Shown: positions 12,711 through 27,035, numbered from the stretch's first letter. The stretch: DNA of 64,000 bases from Bugula neritina (GCA_964035545.1 OZ037771.1:15471289-15535288), one strand, 5' to 3'. The notes: a model not told the origin generated them from the letters alone. Numbers and translations: made by a program.

Positions 12711-15700
12711 GTTATGGCACTGCCTGGTAATCTTAGGCCTACGATAACAATACTGGGAAACGTAGTATTGAAACATAAGCTATAATGCACTCAGCTTTCA
12801 TCGTGCGAGCAGCCAACGCTCTAGTCGTCACTGTCCAGAGGTTTATGAGCAATAGGTAGGCATAGGTGTTTGAGACAGCTATATTATTTCTACTTCGTAT
12901 TACACACTGGTCGAATACATATAATTTCTTCAGGTCATCTTTGAAAATATTTCACTCAAATGCAAGATTTGGTTTTTGGGTAAACTGTATTTTACACACG
13001 AGTTTTATCTTTCAGAAGCCTATTGGTGTTTATCATTATAATATATCGACCGATTTTCATTGTTTGTAGTGTCGCCGCGTTAAATGTCAGCCTTTCTTGG
13101 ATATACAAAGTGAAGGAACTTATCCAAATCTCTACTCTCGTTTTCAAAGCATGGGATGTGTCATTGTTGATTATTAAAGTTCATCTTGGCTCTGGATTAT
13201 TATATCGAATAGGATTACAAATACATAATAAAGACTAGTGGATAATTAAAGTACTATATTGCACCTGGTAAGTGTAGCTTCTCCTATTAATTGCTGCGTT
13301 AGTTTGAACATGTTCTCCTGTACGCCAATTCCCTGCTACTAACCCACCAACTCTAGGAGTGGAAACATACATTAATAATCTCTAACAGGATTAGCTTGAC
13401 TAGTATAGCTGGTTTTATTTTACGAACCTGGACTAAAAACTAACATAAGCTATTTCTGGTCAGCCCTCACTAGGACGTATATTTAATTTCTAGGTGACTG
13501 AGAGATTTACTTGTACTGACAGTCTGAGTGAGTTAGGTCTACCTGGATGACAGCCACACTAGGGCAATGTTTGTACTCATTTGACAAGCTGACTGCAGTC
13601 CTGTGCATTTATTTCAGACCAACTAACCTTTTCATCTTTAATTAGTAGGTAGTAAACATGTAGGGTACAATTACACTGACACTAAAAGAAAGCTGTCTGT
13701 AATTTTTGGTGTATATAATATTATAGTGTGTTATGTATGGATCTGTCGTAAACACAGGGTAAATGTGATATGTACAAGTGAATACCAGCTAACCATCAGG
13801 GATTATAGTAAAGGGTATGTTAGTTTAAACTAGTGTATCTACAACTCTGTATCGGTAGATAGAACAGTTTGTTACTGAGTATGCAGGGGAATTTAGAACT
13901 TAGCAATGTGCTGACAGATTTCAATAGCCCCAATTCTATCAATTGCAATTAAATATAAGTTTGAAATGAAAATGATAATTGTCATTGACAAATGCTTTTT
14001 ATCCAGCAAAGTATTTGAAATTTGTCCCTAAAACTGGCTTAGAATGATAGAATTGATGTAAACAGTGGTTTGAAGTTGAGCAGGTAATATTGAAATATTT
14101 ATACTATGCAGCTATGTCATCACGTTATGCAACATCTCTCAGTATAATAGTCCGCCTGAATTTGTCGGGCAAGTTTGAACACACGGTGCCAGCGTTAATA
14201 TGCTAAGGAGTTTACTAGCTGTAGTTAGTTGGTCGCAGTTGGTCGCAGTTGGTGAGATGACAATGTGATTAATAACCATGCTGGAAGTTAGCTGGAGAGT
14301 GCATTCCAGACAGTGTTAGTTTCACCATTGATTAGCTCGGTTCACCAGCCTTCTAACTGCTCTGGCTACGCAGTTTTGGTCTCACTATACTAGTCAATAC
14401 TAGTGGAGAGTCTTAGAGCTAGAGACGCTAGCTTCTGCCATTATAATAAATTAATTCCGTCTCAGCATTCCATGAGCTTGGCATCTGGCCTTGCAACACT
14501 ATAACTTGTTTAGCTGTATAACCAAATATCATAAAATGCCAAATAAGATTAGATAATAATTAGTACATGCAAATGTTTTTCAATTGTATACATCTAAACC
14601 TTCGGTTTTAATGGAGTTATAGAAATTTGAACTTCTCCGGTTTACATACAATGATATAAGCTGATTAAGTACAACGAAGCAGCAACGTATATAAAGGTAA
14701 TGACTGCTTGTGTAGCGTTCCCTACCTGGTAATTAATACTGGACATGACATAACATGCGTATTGTTGCCCAAATCTATCAAAACAACATGGCAATTTAAA
14801 CCGCTGCCATTATTAAATGTTGTTTGTATTTGTTTCTCGTCTTTAAACTCCCAACAATTGCCAGGTAACTTAGCACGGTTGGTGCTGCCACAAGGTCCCG
14901 AACTTACCCTCATGTTTGGCACTACATTCTAACAATTGCATGAAGATAACCATCTGCATATTCCACTTTACGTCACAAGCCTGCTGTTTTGTCGGAACAC
15001 CTTGCAGAAGAATCGTTATCACCTCCGTACATCACAATCTGCCACACCTTGCAAAGGCATCTCTCTTAACATCAGCGTAGTACGTGAAAAGGATGCTGCC
15101 TAAGCATTCTTGTATGTTAGGATCTAGTGCTACTACACAGCCCCCCTCTAACCTTACACATACTACCTGCAGTTCTTAGTCTACAGTTGATGTTATCTAA
15201 CAACAAAGCTACAAGTTATAACAAGTAGATATATTTTGCCATCTCCACCCCTTGGCAGCCTTTTACACCCCCTGGCAGTCTTCTACGCCCCCTGGCAGCC
15301 TTCTACACCCTTGGCAGCTGAGTCATCTGCTAGCAAGCTGACTCAACTATTGTTTTGATCATGCTGACACAGCAACTGCAATCAAACAGTGCATACAAAT
15401 TTTCTGGGGAAAATATTACTCATAAGGTTGTTGCAAACAATTTGAAAGTTTCCAATGATTAGTCAATAAGCAGAAATAAAACTGCTGCACACCCTAAAGG
15501 CCTGTTCCCTTCAATCTATAAATAGCATGACTAGAGGCAGCAGTAGAGCCAGCAGCAGTAGTCATGAATGAACTAGAAGCAATTGAACAGGTAAAGGGTT
15601 GGCACCTCTAAGAAGAGCGTTGACCGCAAATTAAGAGCTAGCATCACTTGCTTGCAGTGAGTACTGTCTAATGAACCATATATATAGAGTATAGAGAGGG

Positions 15701-17489
15701 TATAGAGAGGGTATAGAGAGGAGATAGGGTGTATGACAGGTAGAGCAAGTGCTCACAAGTGCTAGGTGTGTGTGTGACATCTACTTCCTCTGACCACACA
15801 AGTTACAACTAATGAGTTATACTTGACTCAAGTGATATACAGTAGCTCTTGTCTCTGCAGACCAAAGGTAGACTTGTACATTACTGTGTCTAGACATTCA
15901 CAGTACAACAAAGTATGTTTTGTAAATTTTTAGTATTTTTCCTCTCTTGTCTTTTCCTCATTTCATAACACGTAGCTAAGTTATCTGATTATCAGTTGAA
16001 GATAAATAGAATAACTCAAATGTTACTTATTGTTAATTATTATGTCCATTTGTGTTCATGTTTTACTTTTTACCAAGTGACTTACTCAGTGTAGATGAAT
16101 ACACTTACCTTTATTTACTTCTAGCTACCCTCTCCACATGTTTACTGGTTACTTACCTTTATTTACTTCTAGTAGTAACGTAATATTAATGTGTCCTGTG
16201 CAGCATTAACAAGGCAATAGCTTGGCAAAACACCAAACTGTGTGGTGAGGGATTATTGAAGCTATATAGTGGTAAAGGGAGTAGCATCAATGGCTGCAAG
16301 GCTACTCCATAAACATATAAACAAATGTTTACAATTTATGGTGGATATAGTATAAAGTAGATACAGTGTAAGGTAGATACAGTGTAAAGTAGATACAGTG
16401 TAAGGTAGACAGTAGATACGGTGTGAGGTAGATATACAGTATAAGGTAGCTTCACTAGACCATTGCCACTTGCTGTTTGTATACTTGGTTTTGTGATCCC
16501 ATCAAATGTTTAATAATCTGAGAAAGTTTCTGCTAAATTGCATGTGGTAGTTTCTTGCAATCAGTGTAGCCCACAGTTCTGTAGGAACTTAGGAGAGCAG
16601 TTCGGGTGCTATAGCAGAGCTCCGCTGTGAGTGTACTTTCCGCACTGTGAAAACTGCCTGTTGTTTAGCATATTTGAAATAGTTTGTATTTAATGTTGTG
16701 TGAAAATGTGTTGTGATTTTGCCTGCGCCTTGTGTGCAGTCATTATTTGAACATTCCTTAAGACAATGCTGTTGGCCCACAATTTAGGTGATGAAAGGTG
16801 CTGATCCTGCATTATGCTGTCTGTTATAATAGTTACATACACCATGTGGGTTCAGGTTCATATGTTGTATTGTACTACTTCTAGTAGGGTGTCGTATGAC
16901 CAGTAAACATGATCCAGCTGCCTTGGCAGCACTATACTAATATCAACACTGTTTTCATTTACTATTTTGAGCTACATTTTATGCTTGTTTTTATTCAGTT
17001 TAAATTAATATCTGCACATGAGATTCTCTATCTTATGATGACTTTCTGACTAGAATGTAGTTTGAACTCTACTAGAACTATCTTTAAACCGGCTGGAGGT
17101 GCTTGCCCCGCTGCTGCTGTTACTGCTGCTGCTACTGCTGCTGCCCTTTCACTCCTTTAGTTTGCCAGTTCAACTATGCACCTCAACTAATTAGTAAATT
17201 AGTGTATAAATTGTAAATTAAAGTGTTACTAGTAATTTAGGCCTGTTTGCATGGCTGTGTATACAAACACTTGAGTGTTCCCATGTAGCCTGTTATAGTA
17301 GTAGTGTATAATTTGTCAATACTATAAAACACCTGTTTTTGATGCTCCCAGTACAAAGAAGGCTTTCTATTTTTACATAAACAATTGTTACAGCTCTCAC
17401 ATGGCATGACAATGCATACATTCACTAATAGACACAACAAATTCCTCCCTTACTATGTACCCTGCTTTCACTTGAGGCACGAGTCTCGC

Positions 17490-17745
17490 ACACTTGCCCT
17501 TCTATACTCACTTGCCCTTCTATACTCACTTGTCCTTCTAGACTCACTTGCCCTTCTAGACTCACTTGTCCTTCTATACTCACTTGCCCTTCTAGACTCA
17601 CTTGCCCTTCTATACTCACTTGCCCTTCTATACTCACTTGCCCTTCTAGACTCACTTGCCCTTCTATACTCACTTGCCCTTCTATACTCAGCTGCCCTTC
17701 TATACTCACTTGCCCTTCTAGACTCACTTGTCCTTCTAGACTCAG
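17490..17745. repeat. 18-nt tandem repeat, about 14 copies
   Basis: Unit CACTTGCCCTTCTATACT. Confidence 0.9.
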
Positions 17746-18154
17746 CTGTGAAAACTGTTATGTTAAGAGCACATGAAAGCAGCTGAAATACAGTTGAGTG
17801 AGAGTTACAGTGTATAGCAATGGCTGGGATATAGCATTGCGTTATACTATATTACAATCAAGTCATCCTACTACTCTACCATCATAATTTACAGATACAA
17901 TCTAAACTCGACTATTGTTTGTTTAAACTTAGCAACAAACTGCAGCTAGCAGTGAACACCAGCAAAGATATGCCAGGAGTTCCATTAACTGGAAAAGTTG
18001 CTGGAAATATTGGTGGAAGTATTTATTGAGAATTATGAGTAAAAAATGAAGCATTTCTCTCAGTGTATTGGGCCAGCGTATATGATTTATGTGTAAATCT
18101 GCTATATCTACTCCCTTATGTTGTGTTACACAGTCACATGGTACTACACATGCA

Positions 18155-18688
18155 TTGTATACTGAATACTGTATATTGTATACTGTATATTGTATACTGT
18201 ATACTGTATACAGTATACTGTATACTGTATATTGTATACTGTATACTGTATATTGTATACTGTATATTGTATACAGTATACTGTATACTGTATACTGTAT
18301 ATTGTATACTGTATATTGTATACTGTATACTGTATATTGTATACTGTATACTGTATACTGTATATTGTATATTGTATATTGTATATTGTATACTGTATAT
18401 TGTATATTGTATATTGTATACTGTATACTGTATACAGTATACTGTATACTGTATACTGTATACTGTATATTGTATATTGTATACTGTATATTGTATATTG
18501 TATATTGTATACTGTATACAGTATACTGTATACTGTATACTGTATACTGTATATTGTATATTGTATATTGTATACTGTATACTGTATATTGTATACTGTA
18601 TACTGTATATTGTATACTGTATACTGTATATTGTATACTGTATATTGTATACTGTATATTGTATATTGTATACTGTATATTGTATACT
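18155..18688. repeat. 7-nt tandem repeat (TATACTG/TATATTG)
   Basis: Directly visible heptamer array. Confidence 0.95.
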
Positions 18689-19756
18689 CAGTTGTTTGTA
18701 TACAGGAGGTTATACAGCTGGGTAGTACAATGCCTCCTATAATTTTATATTAGTTTATGTGTCTTGTAATAGTATGTAATTGCATGAGTACTACCATATA
18801 CTATACTACTCTGTCACATACCATTTTAGATACCATCAACTCTATACCCCTCATTAATTTCACCTGTGAAATGAAATAACCTAGACTCAAGTGTGTGTGT
18901 GGTATATGTACTATATATGTATATACTTTATATAAAAGTCCACCCACAATGCATTTGTCTTTGTACTTCCTTTGCTCTGTACAAACAAGTGGGTTTCATC
19001 CCCAATTAACTTCAAATAGTGCCCAATTTTGATTTATTTGTGGGGAAGGCAAATCTAGAAGTAGCTATTCCCAGTAGTTTGCTCTCGTATGAGTGTATAA
19101 TAGTAACCAAACAAGCTATATCTGCTCGCTGGAAAGGATTGTAATTAAAAATACTCTGTGTAGAAGTAAAGCTGTGAGTAAGGTAAACTTTGTTTGGTAA
19201 CATCTGAGCTCTCGTCTGGTAACAGTTGGATTAATATTTAGTAGCTGGTCATATGCTTACAGATATACTCATTCTATTAGTGTCTCTAAATAGCCTTAGC
19301 GCCAACTTCTTAATTCAGGTAGGAAGCTCAACCTATTCAGTGAGGATGGTCCTACAGGTTAGGATTTTGAGCTACATCTTGTATGAATAGTTTTAAAGAG
19401 TTAACCAATGGCTATGCTGCCAGACATTATCTCTCATCAGCATCATAGGCAGCAGCAGCAGTGTTTATAAATGGTTGGTTCACCCAGGGATTTGTATATC
19501 TGCAACGTTAGACCAGGAATATTACAAAAATATATTTATATTATTATTTAGCCTGTGGTACTAGTAAACTACAAGCCGACACAATAAACTAGTAACTGAG
19601 GGCATTTGTGGACTCAAACTTAATTTCACTTACGCAACACTGACTGTTTATATTTGCTGCCTCTTTAGCAGCACAGCTATCATGTCTGTCTGTCTGTCTT
19701 TTAGAACCTGGATATTTGTATTCTGCATCAATTAGATTACTAGCTTGTCTCTACAT

Positions 19757-20251
19757 GTAGTGATACTGAGTAGTGATACTGAGTAGTGATACTGTGTAGT
19801 GATACTGTATACTGAGTAGTGATACTGTGTAGTGATAGTGAGTAGCGATACTGAGTAGTGATACTGTGTAGTGATAGTGAGTAGTGATACTGAGTAGTGA
19901 TACTGTGTAGTGATAGTGAGTAGTGATACTGAGTAGTGATTCTGAGTAATGATACTGAGTAGAGATACTGAGTAGTGATACAGTGTAGAGATACTGAGTA
20001 GTGATACTGTGTAGTGATACTGAGTAGTGATACTGAGTAGTGATACTGAGTAGTGATACTGTATACTGTGTAGTGATACTGAGTAGTGATACTGAGTAGT
20101 GATACTGAGTAGTGATACTGAGTAGTGATACTGAGTAGTGATACTGAGTAGTGATACTGAATGGTGATACTGAGTAGTGATACTGAATGGTGATACTGTG
20201 TAGTGAGTAGTTATACTGTATACTGAGTAGTGATACTGAATGGTGATACTG
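19757..20251. repeat. 13-nt tandem repeat
   Basis: Unit GTAGTGATACTGA with variants. Confidence 0.9.
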
Positions 20252-20640
20252 ATTACATTCACTAATAGAATGCAGGGGCATACAATTTCTAATAAAGCCT
20301 AAATGTACTTAAAATAATAGTTTAATGTTTAATCTAAAAATAGCTGCTGCTTAGTGAGTTAAAAATATTAGAAAAAGGGTTAACAATCTTAATTAACTGC
20401 AAGTTTTATTTCTGTAGAAAGAAGATTGCTTGTTCTGTGGGGAGAAGAAAAGAGACAGCTAATTAAGGAGATTTTGGTTAATTAAGTGAAAGAGATCAAT
20501 TATCTATAATTATTATTGAAAGGACTATCAACTTGTGCAGAGTGAGCGGCTAATTAGTATTATTGGCTAATAAGCTTTCATTAACTTTAATCAAACCGAA
20601 ACTATTATTCTGGGCTCATTACATTTCAATGAGTGTGAGT

Positions 20641-20648
20641 TATAAATA
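20641..20648 (+). promoter_or_regulatory. Candidate TATA box of FGF gene
   Basis: TATAAATA about 135 nt upstream of the FGF ATG; its TAA also closes the FGF reading frame upstream. Confidence 0.45.
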
Positions 20649-20777
20649 CTGGGCAACCTTCTTGCACCTCTCTACTATCTCCAACTACCTCCACCTCACG
20701 TCATCTTATTTAGCTGCCGGACAACTTTCTTACCTAGCTCGAGGAGCCACACTTCAACGTGGCAGCTACGAACTCTT

Positions 20778-23700
20778 ATGGCGACAGCGACAATACTGGG
20801 AGCTGCACCTACATTAAATTCAGTTGCTGGTGTTCCTCCGGTGCTTGCAGGTGCTCTTACTGACACTTTAACTGCTGAATCTGACACATTTTCCAGCCTG
20901 AGGAAGCGAAGTACACAGATTAAATACTTACACTCTATGACTAAATATACTCTACACGTGTGGCCCAACGGCACCGTCAACGGCTTACAGAACACATCCA
21001 ACAGCACCACCAGAAAGTACGGTGAGTGTCAACTTTGACCGTTCTCTGGGGGAACAGTGGTGTACATGAGAAGGGGATAGTGGTGTACATGAGAGGGGGA
21101 CAGGGGGAAAGTTGTGTACTGACATAATTAACTATGTGTTGCTGTTTACTTTGCTTGTTGCACATTACTGCACCCATACAATTACAAACATGTTAAGGTA
21201 TACAGGCAATTATTTATTAATCAGTTTATTATTCCATAAAAATGCAAATCTTTTAATTCATTGCACTTCATTACAACACCTGAGATCCTGGTATGCAGGA
21301 ATTACCTACAGATTACCTTCTCCCTACCTGATGATGCAATATGGCAGCCTTAATGCAGTGTTACTTCATATAGCCTTAGACCTTTTAGTTCATACAGAAA
21401 AGGTGCTCTAGCAATCCTCAGGTTTCACAGGCTCTGTTGATATAATTTCAGGCCTCCTTTAGTATGTTGGAATATTCAGGATTATGTAAATTAACTTCAG
21501 AAAAATTTTCTCGGAAAATCAATTATTGTTTACTAGTAATACAGTATTACAGTAATACTAGTAATACAGTATTACAGTAATACTAGTATTACTAGTAATA
21601 CTGTTCCTGGTTAGCTACAGCAAATACCCCTAGACTAATATTAGAATATAGGGAATATACACATGTTCATCTGTTCATCTATCAATCTCATCACAAATTA
21701 TTTAGCATAAATATTTGGCTAAATGTAATGTATGCATATTTCACAACAACTGTATAGCATTGACAGTGACATGACCCCCTAGCACCCCTTCTAATCCCAC
21801 TGAATATCAAATACATTTACTAAGTAATTGTTCATGAATTCAATGTTCTATTTTCTTATTAAAGAAAACATAACAATTGAAATATATTTTAAAAATTAAT
21901 TCTAGCAAAAATGCAAAATGATGAGAGAGAATTTGGTGGAACACTTAAGTAATTGATTACATTGTGTTCATAACAAACGATGTAAATATCAAGTGGATCC
22001 ATCAATAGTATGAAGTGTCCAAACGCAGTGATTTCTGTGTATTTAGCTTGGGTTAAAACAATTGACACACTAGTGATGAGATTGTACAATGAGTGAGCGG
22101 ATTAAGAGACAAGTGGTGTTATTGATTTCCAGTTTACCCTTTCACTCTTATCTCATTGTACAATGAACTGGCAGAAATCTCTGCTAATCAACCCAATACA
22201 ATGCTGGATATTTCTTAATTATCATTCCTGCATTTTCTCTTGTCCTCCTTACATGCTAAATAATAGACTTGGCTCAATTAAATTTATGCCTATTCACTAT
22301 TAAATTGTCCTAATTATTATTAATAATCTATCGAGTCTGCCAACACTTAATTAACCTAATGATAATTAAAATTCTTTGTCACTAATGATTTTGTATTGTA
22401 TTGTGCTTATTGTATTCTTTATACTATATCTTGTATATGGTGTGTTATGTATTGTATACTATATCTTGTATATGTAGATCTCATAATATATTGTAGATTA
22501 TATATCTTGTATATTGTATATTATATGTTGTATATTGTAGATTATATAATATATTATTCTATCTGGCATATTGCGTAGTATATTTTGTATATTACATCTT
22601 GCATATATATTGTATATGATAGCTTGTGTATTGTATATTGTGGATTATACATTATGTATGATATGTTACATATTGTGTATTATATTTTGCATTTTATATA
22701 TTGTGTATTATATATTGTGTATTATACATTGTATATTATATACTGTGTATTATATATTGTGTATTATTTCAACTTACTTAGTTGAGAAGCATTAAAATAC
22801 CATGAAAATGAATTTATGTGTAACTGTTTTTATTCTGCAGCAATGTTAGAGTTTATAACAACATTCTTTGCTATAAACTTCCTAAATACTCAAGACCCAA
22901 GGGTGGAGATCAGGGGAGTTGAGAGCAAGATGTGGTTATGCATGAACAGCAAGGGAGACTTGTACGGCAGTGTGAGTTATTACTACTATTTACATTCCAA
23001 ACAACTTTCCTGCAAATTGGATTGAATTTTATTTTTCGTTATAAAGAATTTCTTGTTATATTAACACCGCCCTCAAAATTCGAAACCTCAGTAAGCCACG
23101 TGCCATTTGATGAATATAATTCAACCTGAGATAGATGAATGAATGGAATTTTAATTTGGTTTAAACTCAACAATGATAATATATTACGGCAAGATATGTT
23201 TAAGTGATGGAATATATTTTTACTATTGAAATTAGAACTTATTACGGAATAAGTAAGTAAAAGGTGTTGTGTGTGTTTAGAAAACAATGAATTTAAAAAA
23301 TACAGACTATCAATCAGTTGCTGTCAGTTGGTACTACCAACTGATCAGTGAGTACTATCAACTGACAATGAGTACTACCAACTGACAGTTAGTACTACAA
23401 ACTGACAGTGAGTACTACCAACTGACAGTGAGTACTACCAACTGACAGTGAGTACTACCAACTGACAGTTGGTACTACCAACTGACAGTGAGTACTATCA
23501 ACTGACAATGAGTACTACCAACTGACAAGGAGTTAATGTTCACTTAGTTGAAATTGGTAGGGGGTCTCTCAGTTCTGTATTCCACTACTTGTAATTTATT
23601 CATTTTGAGTCTAGTAAACAGTGTATGTTGGATTCCAACTCAGTTAACTAATTCAATTATTTTCAAATGTTTGAAACACAAAGCTGGAGATAAAGTAGAA

Positions 23701-24785
23701 TTTTATGCAAATTATTTTATATGGACCAGACAAAACCTATACCATATTATAGCCACTATATGAATTGCAAATGGCAGACCAAACCTCAAATTTTAACAAA
23801 ATAATAAGTTGTATGCTTTGAGTGCCATCAGTTTGCTTGGTAGTGAGGGGGTAGTGGTCTAAATCCACACCAGTTTGCTTGATAGTGAGGGGGTAGTGGT
23901 CTAAGTTCTGTTGGAATTCCTTGCTGATTATTTACCCACTTGTAATAAATTAAAAACTGTATGTTTATTCAAAAACTCTGGTGGAATGTTTGATTCATGG
24001 AAATATAACCCCTTCGTGCACTTGGTTGTGTATACAAAGAGAATCAGACAAATAAACACAAGATTCTGTAGACCAGAGCAGCAGGGCCAGCTACGACAGC
24101 TTAGGATGTGATAACATGGTCGTATCTACTCAGTTATTTATACTCACTCTTAGATATTTATACTCACTCTTAGATATTTATATTTTTATTACAGAAAGAC
24201 AAGACGAAAGATTGTGAATTTCACGAATTTTACGACGAAGACAGAGACTGCTACACGTACTACAGTGTACAACATCCCCATAACACAGATAAGACTGTTA
24301 AATGGTACATAGCGTTGAACAGACACGGTCGTACTAGGGGCGCCATGACTAACAAACATAAATCTTCTCGGTTTAGAATAACTGCCAGCAAAGAAAGTCC
24401 AAAAGTAACTATAGAACTGAAGTCTTCAGAAGGAAAGAAGACCAAAAGACGATATACTAGGTTGCCTAATAACAGTGCGGCGGCCACCAAGCCCGCTCGA
24501 ACAGTAAAGAATCGCAAAATAATAGACAAAAGTAAATCCAAGAAAAAGTCACGTAAAAACAGCAAACTGTCTAGTATCCTGTCATCTATAGAGCAGGCCT
24601 TATCTGTCAGCTCCAAAGACATCACCTCATTGGACGACTTTCAGGACTCCATGTTGATTGACTTGGGAAATAGCGACCCCTTTATCAATCCAGCGACTCA
24701 AGATAAAATCAGACATTCTACTACAAAAACATCCAGTAGCTCAAAGAGGAAAAAGAATTACAGCAGAAAGTCATCTAGCTTATAG
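20778..24785 (+). CDS. Fibroblast growth factor, probably FGF9/16/20 subfamily, with long basic C-terminal tail
   Basis: Exons 20778-21021 (…LHVWPNGTVNG…), 22841-22971 (…VEIRGVESKMWLCMNSKGDLYGS), 24195-24785 (KDKTKDCEFHEFYDEDRDCYTYYS…KWYIALNRHGRTR…). Canonical three-exon FGF core with phase 1 then phase 0 introns. Confidence 0.93.
23325..23527. repeat. 20-nt tandem repeat in FGF intron 2
   Basis: Unit ACTGACAGTGAGTACTACCA, about 10 copies. Confidence 0.9.
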
Positions 24786-25087
24786 TGATAGAGACTTCCA
24801 CCAGCTGGGTGATACGATGACCTTTCAAGGTCAAATGAACACTTGAATCATGTGACCTACAATCAAACCTCCATTGAATATTTTCATGAAATCATTTTTG
24901 TACAAAGTACCACAAAGTATCATATATTCCTTGTTGAATCCATGTTGGTTAATGTATGTATTGATACCAACTATACAGTTCTATATATACCGATACATGT
25001 ACATTCTAACTGTGCTGTTGCATTATTATAGCGTTTGCGTTGCGTTGTGAGTCCATTACTGTCATACCAAAGGCAGAATACAAACTC

Positions 25088-25110
25088 TATTTATTTATTT
25101 CTATTTATTT
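25088..25110 (+). promoter_or_regulatory. AU-rich element cluster in presumed FGF 3' UTR
   Basis: TATTTATTTATTTCTATTTATTT (overlapping ATTTA) about 300 nt after the FGF stop. Confidence 0.4.
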
Positions 25111-25370
25111 GACAAGTGGACCTGATGCATGCGTTTCATAAGTCAGATTATATTCCTTTTCTAGCCTAACGTCATGGTGAGACATAATAAACTGAGAAAG
25201 TATACTATGACTTATTCTGTTGTGTATAACCAGGTGGAGGGTGTGGAACAGCTACCTGCTATATAACTACATCTGCTAATTCATATATCTAGCAGACTTG
25301 TAGCTGCATGTTAACACTTGACCACACCCCAAGACTTTACAATGGGTGTGGCAGATCTCTGCCTGCATAC

Positions 25371-26182
25371 TACCACGTATATAGCCCTAGTCACCACGTA
25401 TATAGCCCTAGTTACCACGTATATAGCCCTAGTCACCACGTATATAGCCCTAGTTACCACGTATATAGCCCTAGTCACCACGTATATAGCCCTAGTTACC
25501 ACGTATATAGCCTTAGTTACCACGTATATAGCCCTAGTCACCACGTATATAGCCCTAGTCACCACGTATATAGCCCTAGTCACCACGTATATAGCCCTAG
25601 TTACCACGTATATAGCCCTAGTCACCACGTATATAGCCCTAGTTACCACGTATATAGCCCTAGTCACCACGTATATAGCCCTAGTTACCACGTATATAGC
25701 CTTAGTTACCACGTATATAGCCCTAGTCACCACGTATATAGCCCTAGTCACCACGTATATAGCCCTAGTCACCACGTATATAGCCCTAGTCACCACTTAT
25801 ATAGCCCTAGTCACCACGTATATAGCCCTAGTCACCACGTATATAGCCTTAGTCACCACGTATATAGCCCTAGCTACCACGTATATAGCCCTAGTCACCA
25901 CGTATATAGCCCTAGTTACCACGTATATAGCCCTAGTCACCACGTATATAGCCCTAGTTACCACGTATATAGCCTTAGTTACCACGTATATAGCCCTAGT
26001 CACCACGTATATAGCCCTAGTCACCACGTATATAGCCCTAGTCACCACGTATATAGCCCTAGTCACCACGTATATAGCCCTAGTCACCACTTATATAGCC
26101 CTAGTCACCACGTATATAGCCCTAGTCACCACGTATATAGCCTTAGTCACCACGTATATAGCCCTAGTTACCACGTATATAG
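25371..26182. repeat. 21-nt tandem minisatellite, about 38 copies
   Basis: Unit ACCACGTATATAGCCCTAGT(C/T), between the FGF and NSDHL 3' ends. Confidence 0.95.
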
Positions 26183-27035
26183 TAGCCTCAGAGGTATAGT
26201 TTTGAAGTGTTGGACCAGGTGGTTTACACTCTGAGTGACACCAGTGGCAGGTTGTAACACATGTGGCAGGTTACAACATGTAATATCTACAGCAACAACC
26301 ATAGTCATAGTGGCCAACATCTGGCATTCACCATAAAATATTTCATCCAGTAAACTGCTATGGTAATACAGAATTAGTAATTGTACACAAGATAGTTAAA
26401 GAGAGATGTTACTATGTAACTTGTATGGGAGAGAAAGTGTACAGTAATAGCAGAGAGACTATAATACTGTATATATAAATACTGTATATATAAATACTGT
26501 ATATATAAATACTGTATATATAAATAACAACACATAATATATTATTCAACAGAACTAGGTAGGTTTCTACAGGCTGTATATTTTATACTGACTCTAATAT
26601 TAGTACAAAAATTAAAAATAAATATATCCATTCGTAGTTTACTCATGCATGTGGAAAGATGTTTGTTTGTGAAAAAAGTTGAGGTCTTAAAACTCATATT
26701 TGAACTATATTGGCAATACTGGACGCCGAACAGCACTGAATGCAGATGTAGGCCAAAGTATGAGAAGAAATATGGCCGACGATCAATACGGCAGCAATGT
26801 GAAAGACATACGGGTGGTCAGAAATATTTTCTAAAATCGATTATTAGCGGGGTTGGCCTATACCAGTGCAATAAACAACCAAATATAAACATGAAGATGT
26901 TACAAAGAAATTTACTAATTAATTAATTGCCTCCATAATGGAACATTCCATATGAAATTAGTTCTTTAGAAACTATTAATTAAACACATAATTGTCTCAA
27001 CCTATTTCGTTCCTTGTGCAAGTATGGTTGTGTAT

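Noticed and set aside
13300-17400. Possible transposon relics or lncRNA exons between MICU and FGF
   Set aside because: No transposase/RT motifs, terminal repeats or convincing exon chain could be seen by eye.
17385-20281. Repetitive ORFs (SLEGQV, YCILYTV, ITTQYHYSV)
   Set aside because: Open in several frames and strands because the repeat units lack stops; not protein-like.
25308-26234. 308-aa HVYSPS(H/Y) heptad ORF resembling the Pol II CTD (YSPTSPS)
   Set aside because: A 21-nt DNA repeat open in several frames on both strands, with no codon-position-biased divergence and no linked RPB1 exons.
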